DNA of 64,000 nucleotides from an uncultured delta proteobacterium (GTDB lineage Bacteria; Myxococcota_A; Polyangia; Polyangiales; Polyangiaceae): NCBI GenBank assembly GCA_963841435.1, contig CAWJCS010000004.1, positions 640,001 to 704,000 of the forward strand, read 5' to 3'. Shown piece by piece: positions 55,457 to 64,000 of this stretch (position 1 is its first letter; each line of letters starts with the position of its first letter). The notes under the pieces were generated by a model. It saw only the letters and a program-made list of their open reading frames with translations, ran no database searches and was not told where the DNA came from. The position numbers and the translations under genes were made by a program.

Positions 55457-56056
55457 TTACTTTAGCAAGCGGAGCGCGGTGTTGGTCTTGACAGCCTGTC
55501 GCACGGTGGGCGTGTCCGGCTCGGCGCGGAAGTGAATGGCCTCCCCGCCGGCCTCGTCCGCGCGAAACGACCTAGCGAACACGATCAGTCGGACGCCGGC
55601 AAAGCTGGCGCCCGCTCCCGCCACCCAGTTGTACGAAGGGCCGCTGACCGGGATGTCGAGCACGATGGGTCCGGCATGCTCCCCGACCAATGGGGCCTCG
55701 GTCGGTGCGAGCGTCAGCTCGTAGGAGCCCTGGTTTTCGACGCCCCCGACCCGGGTCAAGCTCTCGACCCGGGCCGGGATCACGAAGTCGGCCAGCCGGG
55801 TGCGGTCGCGCAGCTTTGGGTCGCGTGCAGGATCGCGCCCCTCGGGGTCGAAGCCGAACAAGGCCGGGGCGAGCACGTCGTCGAAGAGGAGGGCTTGCGA
55901 GGGTGAGTATTCGGGAAAGATGCGGCCCTGCGGGATTTCCGGGGCGCGTGCCGCGCACCCGACGGTCCCGCTCGCGAGGATCCACGCCAGCATCCCGACG
56001 AGGGCGCTGCTCCAAGGGCGTGTGCCGGGGCCGGTGGGCACGGTGCTCGACCGCAT
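55457..56056 (-). CDS. hypothetical lipoprotein
   Basis: Lipobox TVGC; LFDD..P motif. Start uncertain. Confidence 0.6.
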   Translation of the reverse strand: MRSSTVPTGPGTRPWSSALVGMLAWILASGTVGCAARAPEIPQGRIFPEYSPSQALLFDDVLAPALFGFDPEGRDPARDPKLRDRTRLADFVIPARVESLTRVGGVENQGSYELTLAPTEAPLVGEHAGPIVLDIPVSGPSYNWVAGAGASFAGVRLIVFARSFRADEAGGEAIHFRAEPDTPTVRQAVKTNTALRLLK

Positions 56057-56189
56057 ACCATGGCGTCGGCGGCAAAACGTTGAACATCTAGAGGGCTCTC
56101 TCCGTATAACGATCGGCCCGCTTGAGCGGGTGCAAAGCCCGGTGCTAGGTTGCCCGAGCCCTTTCCGCTCGGATGTAGGAGGAAATTTC

Positions 56190-57005
56190 ATGAGGCTCAC
56201 CGTATGGGCGGCTTTCGCCGCCTCCACCCTCGCGCTCTCGGCGTCCGTTGCCGTTCCGGATGCCCACGCCGAAAAGCCCGCCAAGGGCAAGTCCGCGGGT
56301 GGCGCCGGAGCGATCTCGAAGAAGATCGGTCTCGCTCCAGCCGGGTTGAAGTTCGGCATGGGACTCGAAGCCATTGCGCGCCTGTACGACAAGGTGCTCG
56401 ACGATGAGTACCTGCCCCTCTACAAGAAGGCTTCGCCGGGTCCGCAGACGGATGCGCTCGATGCCGAGGTAAAGCAGCGTAAGGGGGAGCTTCGTCGCAG
56501 CAAAGTGGAGTTTGGCAACACGCCGACCGGCGTTGACCAGACGGCACTCAAGGGCGAGTACAGCTATGCCAACGGTGAGAGCATGGCGCGTCTCACGCTG
56601 CGGAGCGGCACCGAGCGCTATCTCTTCTTTTTCGGCGACAAGCTCTGGAAGGTCTACGACGAGCACAAGCTCAAGAAGGGCTCGCCCATGGGCGAAAACT
56701 ACGAGGCCGCGCTCAAGTCCATGCAGGCGCGCTTCGCCGCAGCGCCGAAGAAGCTGCCCGCCAACCCGGACAAGGGACAGAATTTCGACGAAGCGATGTG
56801 GAGTACGCCCGACATGCTGATTCGCGCGCTCGATCGCGGATCCACACTCGCCGTGGTCTACGTCGATAAGTCGGTGCAAGAGGATCTGCCGAAGCTCCGG
56901 CGCAACAAGCCGAAGAACGTGACGGCGATCGATCCCGACGTTGCTGCCGCGCTGAAGAAGAACGAGCCCCCGCCCGAGAAGAAGGACGACAAGAAGAAGA
57001 AGTGA
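56190..57005 (+). CDS. hypothetical exported protein
   Basis: AGGAGG RBS; signal peptide ending AHA; Lys-rich C-terminus; strong GC3 bias. Confidence 0.8.
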   Translation: MRLTVWAAFAASTLALSASVAVPDAHAEKPAKGKSAGGAGAISKKIGLAPAGLKFGMGLEAIARLYDKVLDDEYLPLYKKASPGPQTDALDAEVKQRKGELRRSKVEFGNTPTGVDQTALKGEYSYANGESMARLTLRSGTERYLFFFGDKLWKVYDEHKLKKGSPMGENYEAALKSMQARFAAAPKKLPANPDKGQNFDEAMWSTPDMLIRALDRGSTLAVVYVDKSVQEDLPKLRRNKPKNVTAIDPDVAAALKKNEPPPEKKDDKKKK

Positions 57006-57032
57006 CGCACGCGTCAGCGCGTGTCACTTCGT

Positions 57033-57296
57033 TCAGACGAGCTCCGCGCCGCTCGGGATCCGCGGCCCGTTCGTGATCTCGACCTGCAGCTCGGGAAAAC
57101 GCGCGGTCAGCAGCGGCTCGAGGACGCGCCGCCTCGCCAGGGTATTGCCGGGGCATCCCGAGAAGCGGCCCGAGAGATGAAGGCTCAGGTTCTTTTCTCC
57201 GAGCGCCACGAGGTGCACTTCGCCCCCATCGGCGCGCACGAGGGGACCGACGACTTCCCGCAGGACCTCCAGGACTTGTTCCCGCGGCGAGCCCAT
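57033..57296 (-). CDS. NifU/NfuA C-terminal-like domain protein
   Basis: PLVRADGGEV, LSGRFSGCPG. Confidence 0.75.
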   Translation of the reverse strand: MGSPREQVLEVLREVVGPLVRADGGEVHLVALGEKNLSLHLSGRFSGCPGNTLARRRVLEPLLTARFPELQVEITNGPRIPSGAELV

Positions 57297-57426
57297 GGAT
57301 GAAGCATGACTCTAGCACGTCAACCGGGCATTCCGGCCGGCCCTTGCCGGATCGTGCGAGGGTTTGCTAGAAGCCCCTGGCACCCGAACGGTCGGGTGCT
57401 ACCTTCCGGCCCCTCGAGAACCCAGC

Positions 57427-57669
57427 ATGGTCCAGATCCGACTCGCCCGCCACGGCACCAAGAGCTTGCCCTTCTACCGCGTCGTCGTTGCGGAGCGCTG
57501 CCGCCCACGCGACGGACGCTTCATCGAGAGCCTCGGCACCTTCGACCCTGCAGGCGCCCTCAACGTCGACTTGGATCGGCTCGAGTACTGGAAGAAGCAC
57601 GGCGCCAAGGCGTCGCACACGCTCGACCGGCTGCTCAAGCGCCAGGCGCGGGCGCAAGCCAAGGCCTGA
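57427..57669 (+). CDS. rpsP: 30S ribosomal protein S16
   Basis: [31 protein letters not shown]. Confidence 0.97.
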   Translation: MVQIRLARHGTKSLPFYRVVVAERCRPRDGRFIESLGTFDPAGALNVDLDRLEYWKKHGAKASHTLDRLLKRQARAQAKA

Positions 57670-57671
57670 CC

Positions 57672-57909
57672 GTGGCGCTCAAAGAGCTCGTTGCCACGAT
57701 CGCACGCGCCCTCGTTGACGATCCCGACGGCGTGGAGGTCACCGAGGTCGACGGCGATCGTAATCCGATCCTCGAGCTCAGGGTTTCCGACGGAGACGTG
57801 GGCAAGGTGATCGGCAAGGATGGTCGCACGGCGCAGTCCATCCGTACCGTCCTGGTCGCTGCGTTCGACCAAGATCGGACGCCGGGCTCACCTCGACATT
57901 CTCGATTGA
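57672..57909 (+). CDS. khpA: KH-domain RNA-binding protein (KhpA); apparent +1 frameshift near 57864
   Basis: [29 protein letters not shown]. Removing one T from gcgTTcgacc gives [16 protein letters not shown]. Conserved position between rpsP and rimM. Confidence 0.9.
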
Positions 57910-57910
57910 G

Positions 57911-58432
57911 ATGGCGGGCGACGCCCGCGCCCCGCGACGCCTGGAGATCGGCCGGCTGGGCGCGCCGCATGGGCTGGCGGGTGAGATCCACGTGCACCTG
58001 TTCTCGGTCGACAGCGCGATCTACCGTGCTCCCGAGGTGGTTCTCGTCGACGCGAACGGCGAACGCGTGCTGTCCGTGGAGAGCGCGCGGCCCGCGGCGC
58101 GGGGGGCTCTCGTGCGCTTCGGGGGTGTCCATGACCGCGCGGCAATCGAGGCCCTGCGCGGCGCCCAGCTGTGGGTCGAGCGCGCGGTTCTGCCGCCGCT
58201 CGCCCCGGGTGAGTACTACCTCGTGGACCTCGCTGGGCTCGCCGTGGTGGGGCCGGAGGGCAGGCTGGGGGAGGTCCTCGAGGTGATTGCCAATCCGAGC
58301 GTCACGAGCGTGCGCGTGCGGCTCGAAGACGGGCGCGTCGGTGAGCTGGCGCTCGCCCCGCCCTGGCTCCGGCGCGTCAGCATCGAGGAAGGGACGATCG
58401 AGGTCGAGTCGCTCGACGGGCTCATTCTATGA
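57911..58432 (+). CDS. rimM: ribosome maturation factor RimM
   Basis: [29 protein letters not shown]; synteny. Confidence 0.92.
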   Translation: MAGDARAPRRLEIGRLGAPHGLAGEIHVHLFSVDSAIYRAPEVVLVDANGERVLSVESARPAARGALVRFGGVHDRAAIEALRGAQLWVERAVLPPLAPGEYYLVDLAGLAVVGPEGRLGEVLEVIANPSVTSVRVRLEDGRVGELALAPPWLRRVSIEEGTIEVESLDGLIL

Positions 58433-58454
58433 TTGTCCGCGTAGGGCGCCCTCG

Positions 58455-59171
58455 ATGAAGGTCGCGATCGTCACGCTGTTCCCGGAGCTCTTCGGCACGT
58501 TCCTCGAGACGAGCTTCATTGGCCGCGCCGTGAGCGATACGCTCTTGTCCGTGCACCTCGAGGAACTTCGGCGTCATGGCCTCGGGCAGCACCGCTCGGT
58601 CGACGACACGCCGTACGGCGGCGGGTCGGGCATGGTGATGCGCGCCGACTGCGTCGTGCCCGCCATGGAGGCTGCCGAAGCCGCCCTCGCAAGCGGCGCA
58701 GCGGACGGGGCTCGGCCGCGTCGCGCGCTCCTTTCTCCCCAGGGTCGCCTCTTCAATCAGGCTGCCGCACGGCGGCTCTCCGAGCTTCCGAGCCTCGTGC
58801 TCGTCTGCGGCCGGTACGAGGGGTTCGACGAGCGCATCCGCTATTTCGCCGACGAAGAAATTTCGATCGGCAACTTCGTGATGACCGGAGGTGAGGTCGC
58901 CGCGATGTGCGTGCTCGAAAGCGTCGTTCGGCTGTTGCCCGGCGTGCTCGGCAATCGCGAATCCGTCCGGGAAGAGTCGTTCAGCCCGGCCTGTGGCGGC
59001 TTGCTCGAGTATCCCCACTTCACGCGACCCGCCGAGTTTCGCGGCTACGCCGTCCCGCAGCCGCTGAAGAGCGGCGATCACGAGCGCATCGCCGCCTGGC
59101 GCTCCGCGGCCTCGAGCTCGCGTACGGCGGTGCGGCGCCCGGACCTCGTGCGCCGGCGGGGGCGAACGTGA
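58455..59171 (+). CDS. trmD: tRNA (guanine37-N1)-methyltransferase
   Basis: TLFPE, VDDTPYGGGSGMV, CGRYEGFDER, GGE, LLEYPHFTRP. Confidence 0.96.
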   Translation: MKVAIVTLFPELFGTFLETSFIGRAVSDTLLSVHLEELRRHGLGQHRSVDDTPYGGGSGMVMRADCVVPAMEAAEAALASGAADGARPRRALLSPQGRLFNQAAARRLSELPSLVLVCGRYEGFDERIRYFADEEISIGNFVMTGGEVAAMCVLESVVRLLPGVLGNRESVREESFSPACGGLLEYPHFTRPAEFRGYAVPQPLKSGDHERIAAWRSAASSSRTAVRRPDLVRRRGRT

Positions 59172-59722
59172 GAAGGCTCGCCGTGGCGCTCGTGCACCAC
59201 CCCGTGCTCGATCGGCAGCACGAGGTGGTGACGACGGCGATCACCAACCTGGACCTTCACGACATCGCGCGGAGCGCCCACACCTACGGTCTCAGCGACT
59301 TTTTCGTCGTGCACCCGGTTCTGGCGCAGCGCGATCTTGCCGAGCGCATTCGCGACCACTGGGTCGAGGGCTCGGGGGGACGCCGCATCCCCGATCGCGC
59401 GCCGGCGATGCAGCGCCTCAGGATCGTCGAGACTCTCGACGCGGCGCTCGTTCCGCTCGGCCCGGCCGCCGAGCTGTGGACCACGAGCGCGGCCGAGCGT
59501 CCCGCCTCGCTCTCGCACGTGCAGGCGCGCGCACGCCTCGATGAGGACGGGCCCGCGGTGCTGCTCGTGCTCGGCACCGGTTGGGGGCTGTCCGACACCG
59601 TCTACGAGCGCGCGCACGCGCACCTGAGTCCGATCCGATCGCCACGGGCGGATCGCTACAATCACCTCAGCGTGCGAGCCGCCGCAGCGATCCTATTCGA
59701 TCGCCTTTGCGGCCGTCCCTGA
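59168..59722 (+). CDS. SPOUT-type RNA methyltransferase (TrmD-associated, Methyltrn_RNA_4-like)
   Basis: ALVHHPV, TNLDLHDIAR, GTGWGL, YNHLSVRAAAAILFDRL. GTGA overlap with trmD. Confidence 0.88.
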   Translation: MRRLAVALVHHPVLDRQHEVVTTAITNLDLHDIARSAHTYGLSDFFVVHPVLAQRDLAERIRDHWVEGSGGRRIPDRAPAMQRLRIVETLDAALVPLGPAAELWTTSAAERPASLSHVQARARLDEDGPAVLLVLGTGWGLSDTVYERAHAHLSPIRSPRADRYNHLSVRAAAAILFDRLCGRP

Positions 59723-60491
59723 GACGCGCGCGCGGCACCGGGCGTCCCGCCCGGCGGCAACGCCGAAGCGGCCCGCGAGCACGTCGCTGACCTCGTCGCC
59801 GCGCACGCCCGGGGTCGACCACTCGACGAGCGGCGGCTCCACGTCGAGGCCACCCGGCCGGGCCAGGCGCAGCTCCACGAGCGCCACGCGCGCCGGACGG
59901 TCACCCGTCGCGTGAACGAACCGGAGCCGTTTCGGCACGAGACGAGCGCGCCCCGCTGCAGCGAACAGCTCGTCGAGTGTCGACGCCGGGTGGACGAAAC
60001 ACGCCCGACCACGCGGCCCGGTGAGCGCTCGTGCCGCCGCCGCGACGAACGGCTGGAGCGGGCCGCTGCGGGCGCGCCGAGACGGCGCGTTCCGTCGTGG
60101 GCGCCCGCGCCCGGGCGCGAAGTACGGCGGGTTGCACACGACCAGAATCCGCCGTCTGCGCGAACATCCGCGGCAGTCCATCCCGTTCGAGGTCGAGCGA
60201 AAGAACGCTCGCCAGAGGACCGAGGTGGGCCACGTTCCTTCGAGCGAGCCCCACGAGCCCGCGCTCGCGCTCCACGAGCACGAGCTCGCGGGCCGATCCC
60301 ACGTGCACGAGCGACAGCCCGATCACGCCCGTGCCGGCACCGAGGTCGACGACCCGACGCGCCACCCGACCGTTCGCTGCGAAGGCGGCGAGCAGTAGTG
60401 CATCCACGTTGACGCGATAGCCCGTCGAGGGCTGCAGGAGCGACAGCGTTCCGCCGAACAGTTTGTCGCGGGTGGCGGAGCGGGCCGGCAC
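59693..60491 (-). CDS. tRNA1(Val) adenine37-N6 methyltransferase-like; apparent +1 frameshift near 60146
   Basis: Q..GYRVNVDALLLAAF and DLGAGTG in one frame; VVCNPPYF and PKRLRFVH in another. Removing one T from gaTTctg gives ADLVVCNPPY. Confidence 0.85.
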
Positions 60492-60556
60492 GCGGTCGAG
60501 CCTAGCAGGGAGGGCTAGCGCCGCGGGGTGGGTGCACACGCTTCGGCAGGCGAGCC

Positions 60557-61513
60557 TTGCGCGTCGCCCCGCCCCCGGGCAGAAGAGTCGCTGTCGTGGC
60601 CGAAATCATCCCCCCGACCGGACGAGCGCGCGGTCACGAGTCGGCATTCCTGAGGCGGCTCGCCTTCGTCGGCGCTCGCTACGGGCCGACGGCTTTGGTG
60701 CGCTATGGTCCGCCTGCGTTCGGAGCACTGTTCGCGCTTGCGCTACCCGAGACGCGCCAGGCCGTCCGCGAGAACCTGCGCGCCATCTGCGGTCCTCGGC
60801 CGCGCTGGGTCGAGGACCGCGACATGCTCGCGACGTTCACGGACTATGCGGCGTGTCTCGCCGAGTCGCTGGGGGCGGAGCGGCGCGACGGCACGGCCGC
60901 GTACGTCAACGTGTCGGGCGACGCGCGCGGTCGCTCGTTGCTCACGCGCCCCGGCGGTGCCGTGCTCGTGACGGCGCACGTCGGCCCCTGGGACGCCGCG
61001 GCGGCATTGCTCGCGCGAGACCTCGGCGCACGCATTGGCATCGTGATTCAGCGCGAGCACGCCGAAGCGGCGCAGGCGCTGCAGCACGCGCTGCGCGCAC
61101 GGACGGGCGTCACCGTGCTGTCGATTGGCGAGTCGGAGCTCGACGCGCTGCCCGTGTTGCGCCATCTGAGGGGTGGTGGTCTCGTCGCGTTTCAGCTCGA
61201 TCGTGCGCCGCCGAGCGCGCGCCGGCTCGACGCGACGCTGTTCGGTCGCCCCTTTGGGGTTCCCGAAGGGCCCTTCCGGCTCGCGGCGCTGGCGCGCGTC
61301 CCCGTGCTCCCGCTCTTCGCCCATCGGCGGGGCTACTACCGGTATGGAGTCGAGCTCTCCGAGCCGCTCGGCCTCGCCGCGCGTGCGGACCGGCCGGAGC
61401 TCGAGGTGGCCGCAAGGCGCGCGCTCGGCGCGATGGAGCGCTTCGTTCGGGCACACCCGACGCAATGGTTCCATTTTGGCGTGGGCGCCTCCGACGCGGT
61501 CCCCGCAAAGTAG
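60557..61513 (+). CDS. lipid A/phosphatidylinositol mannoside-type acyltransferase (LpxL/HtrB-like)
   Basis: LVTAHVGPWD, QLDR, LFG..GPFRLA, HPTQWFHF. Confidence 0.85.
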   Translation: MRVAPPPGRRVAVVAEIIPPTGRARGHESAFLRRLAFVGARYGPTALVRYGPPAFGALFALALPETRQAVRENLRAICGPRPRWVEDRDMLATFTDYAACLAESLGAERRDGTAAYVNVSGDARGRSLLTRPGGAVLVTAHVGPWDAAAALLARDLGARIGIVIQREHAEAAQALQHALRARTGVTVLSIGESELDALPVLRHLRGGGLVAFQLDRAPPSARRLDATLFGRPFGVPEGPFRLAALARVPVLPLFAHRRGYYRYGVELSEPLGLAARADRPELEVAARRALGAMERFVRAHPTQWFHFGVGASDAVPAK

Positions 61514-61555
61514 CAATTGCCAGAGTCCTGGCGAACGACTACGCCTCCCGTTCCC

Positions 61556-62287
61556 ATGTCGTCGCGGCGCATCCACGTCGGGCAAACGTCCCTGAACGGC
61601 GGGCTCGCGCGCTACGCCAGGGTGTTCGACCTCTTGGAGGTGCGCTCGGACCCGGCGCCTCCGTCGCTCAAGCACGTGCGAAGGCTCGCCGCGGAGGCGC
61701 CCGTGGGGTTCGTCTTTTCGCTCGTCGCGAGCCGAAAGCTCGCCGAGCTCGCTGCCGGCGGCCCCGACGAGGCCGAGGTTGCGACGACGAGCGAGGCGGC
61801 GCGCGCCCTGGGCGCGCGTTTCCTGGTGATTCGCACGCCCGCGTCGGCGACGCCCGGCGCGCGAACCTCGGCGCGGCTCGGGCGGCTCGTGCGGGCTCTG
61901 GAAGGAGCCGCGCCGAGCATCGCCTGGGAGCCACGCGGCATCTGGACGGACGAGGAAGTGATCGCGACCGCCGAGCAGCTCGGCGTCGTGCCGGTACGCG
62001 ATCTCGCGGAACAGGAAGCGCCGCCCGGCGACCTCGTCTACACGCGGCTCTTGGCGCTCGGTCGCAACTCGCGCATCGGCTCCGGCGCGATCGAGCGCCT
62101 GTCCGAGCGCCTGGAGGAAACCACGCAGGCGTTCGTCGTCGTCGAAGGTCGCGGCGGGGTCGCCGTGGCACGCGCGCTCAGAGGCGTCACGATCGACGAA
62201 GAAGCCGCGGGCGAGGCCGGTTTCGAGCCCGAGGAGAGGGACGACGACGCGGTCGACGAGGAGGACGAGGACGGGGACGAGCGATGA
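61556..62287 (+). CDS. DUF72-like protein with acidic tail
   Basis: YARVFDLLEV, GFVFSL, IRTPAS, IAWEPRG.W, VYTRL. Confidence 0.7.
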   Translation: MSSRRIHVGQTSLNGGLARYARVFDLLEVRSDPAPPSLKHVRRLAAEAPVGFVFSLVASRKLAELAAGGPDEAEVATTSEAARALGARFLVIRTPASATPGARTSARLGRLVRALEGAAPSIAWEPRGIWTDEEVIATAEQLGVVPVRDLAEQEAPPGDLVYTRLLALGRNSRIGSGAIERLSERLEETTQAFVVVEGRGGVAVARALRGVTIDEEAAGEAGFEPEERDDDAVDEEDEDGDER

Positions 62288-63220
62288 GGGTCCGCGCAGC
62301 CGCCCTGGCGAGTGATCCCAGTGCGGAGGAAACGGCCAAGCGGGAGCTCGCCCGTACCAACAGCGCAATCGCGGCCGTCGCGGCGGGCTACTTCGCGGCG
62401 GCCGGCGCGCATGCCGACGTGCTCCTCGGGCCCATCGTCGTCATGGTCGCCGGGATCGGGAGTGGGGGTCGGGTGTTCGACGGGCGTCTGCGTCAGCCCG
62501 GGCTCGGCGCCAAGCGCCCGCGGGGCTACCTGCCCGGTGCGACCATCCCCCTCGTGGCCCACGTCGCGTTGCCCACCAACGTCGGTGCTCTGTCGGTGGC
62601 GCTCGCGCACGACGGGACGCGGACGTTGACCACCGTGGTCAAGGCGGGCATCGCCGCAGCGCGCGCTGCCGGATTCTCGCGAGCGCGCGCGCGTGCTCGA
62701 GCGCGTGGGCGCCGTGGGACCCGCGGCGCTCGCCGAGGCCGCCGTCGTAAGACCGCTCTTGCACCTGGCGAGCCCCAGCCAGGGGGGCTCGCTGTCCCCC
62801 CAAGACTTCGTGTCCGAAAGGGCGGTCGTTCAGCCTGCCCGCGAGCGCCGGAGCGCGACGGGGGTCGCGTTCGAATGGCCGTGGGACGTTCCGTCGCGCC
62901 TCGCGCCGCATCACGCGCTGCTCGCGGTCGACACGCGGGGAGTCTTCGCCGGTCTCGCCTACGGTCTGGCGGTCGACGGCCTCGAGGTTCCCGCGCTCGG
63001 CCTCGTCGCGGCGCTCGCGGCGATCCCCGTCGAGCGTGGCACGCCGCGCGTTCGCCCTGGTTCGAAGTTGCCCTTCTCGCCGGATCTCTCCATTCGCTGC
63101 GACGCCGCCGTCGTAGCCCACGAGATCCGCGCACGCACGCCGCCGCCGCGCGGCAAGAAGCTCGTCACGCTCGCCATCGCGCGAGACGAGCAGCGCTGGG
63201 TCACCGTCAGCAGGCGCTGA
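62284..63220 (+). CDS. short gamma-glutamyltranspeptidase-like protein; apparent +1 frameshift near 62674
   Basis: SAIAAVAAG, FDGRLRQP, VALP..VGAL, LTTVVKAGI, LSPQDF, LLAVDTRG. Removing one T from ggaTTctcg joins the two ORFs (AGSRERARVLERVG). Confidence 0.6.
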
Positions 63221-63377
63221 CGTGGCGTCGCAGGACGCGATGGGGATCGCGCGGAGAACGCGGGCATCGACGATCATGCCCCTGGCTCAGGCTGGCACAG
63301 CCGTCCGCCAAACCTCATGCTTAGTGTCCAATAGCGGGAGGCCTGCGCTGGAACGATCATTGCTCCAGACGCGGATC

Positions 63378-64000
63378 ATGCCGAACGCCGGAGGCACTTG
63401 CGCGCTCGTTCTGCTCCTTCTAGCGGGGTGCGGCGACAGCCGGTCGCGGTCGGCGGGTTCGGCTGGCTCGGGAACGGCCGAAGAGACGGGTGGCACAGGC
63501 ACGGTTGGCGGCGCGACGGGACAGGGTGGGGCCCCAAGCGCGAGCGGTTCCAGCGGATTGAGCGGCAGCCTCGGCGGGACGAGTGGCTCGGACGCCACCG
63601 GTGGGATGGGCATGGACACAGGCGGCGCATCGAACGCCGGGGGAGATGGCGGAGGGGGGGCGAGTAGCGCAGGAGCAGGGAACGGAGGATCGTCGGGGTC
63701 CGCGGCAGATGCCGGCGTCGGCGGTACGGCGGGCATCGAGGAGATCCCCGCCATCACGGCCACGGATTGCTCGGAGAACGGCCTTTCAGCCAGCATGCCG
63801 CCGTGCGCAAACCTCTGCGGCAACGGCGCAATCGACTCGTGCATCGTCTACCGTCCACCGGACGCCACCTTCCCGCCAACGACTTGCGGCGACGTCGAGG
63901 TGCTGCCTGCGTGCATCGAAGTGTCCGAGTCCTGCGACGGTGCTGCCTTGTCCGGCACGAGCTGCACAGACCTCGAATTTGCCGGAGGGACGCTCGCCTG
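63378..64000 (+). CDS. 3'-truncated Gly-rich lipoprotein with Cys-rich repeats
   Basis: MPNAGGTCALVLLLLAGC lipobox; G/S linker; CGNGAID, ESCDG..L.GTSC..L.FAGGTL. Open to the window end. Confidence 0.7.
   Translation, partial: MPNAGGTCALVLLLLAGCGDSRSRSAGSAGSGTAEETGGTGTVGGATGQGGAPSASGSSGLSGSLGGTSGSDATGGMGMDTGGASNAGGDGGGGASSAGAGNGGSSGSAADAGVGGTAGIEEIPAITATDCSENGLSASMPPCANLCGNGAIDSCIVYRPPDATFPPTTCGDVEVLPACIEVSESCDGAALSGTSCTDLEFAGGTLA

Overview
High-GC, densely coding bacterial window that looks myxobacterial (Polyangiaceae/Sorangiineae-like): MYXO-CTERM proteins, Gly-rich lipoproteins, an AgmX/GltJ-type protein and Cys-rich repeats. It holds about 57 CDSs. Housekeeping genes include ahcY, pheA, gltA, gltBD, gnd, map and rpsP-khpA-rimM-trmD, interspersed with many envelope and secreted proteins. 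I found no rRNA, tRNA, CRISPR array or mobile element. The best leads are: (i) a coupled tandem of HTTM + DCC1-like membrane paralogs, one with an intact CxxC and one without, followed by an acyltransferase; (ii) a CFA-family methyltransferase resembling fungal sphingolipid C9-methyltransferase; (iii) a Fic protein lacking the catalytic His and fused to a histone-like/charged-helix N-terminus; (iv) an orphan T3SS inner-rod-like gene; (v) several further apparent pseudo-enzymes. Six single-base frameshifts (all TC->TTC) and three conserved Asp->Asn changes (all CGAC->CAAC) share a sequence signature. They are most likely systematic sequencing errors, possibly linked to methylation. All family assignments come from motif recognition by eye, not from database searches.
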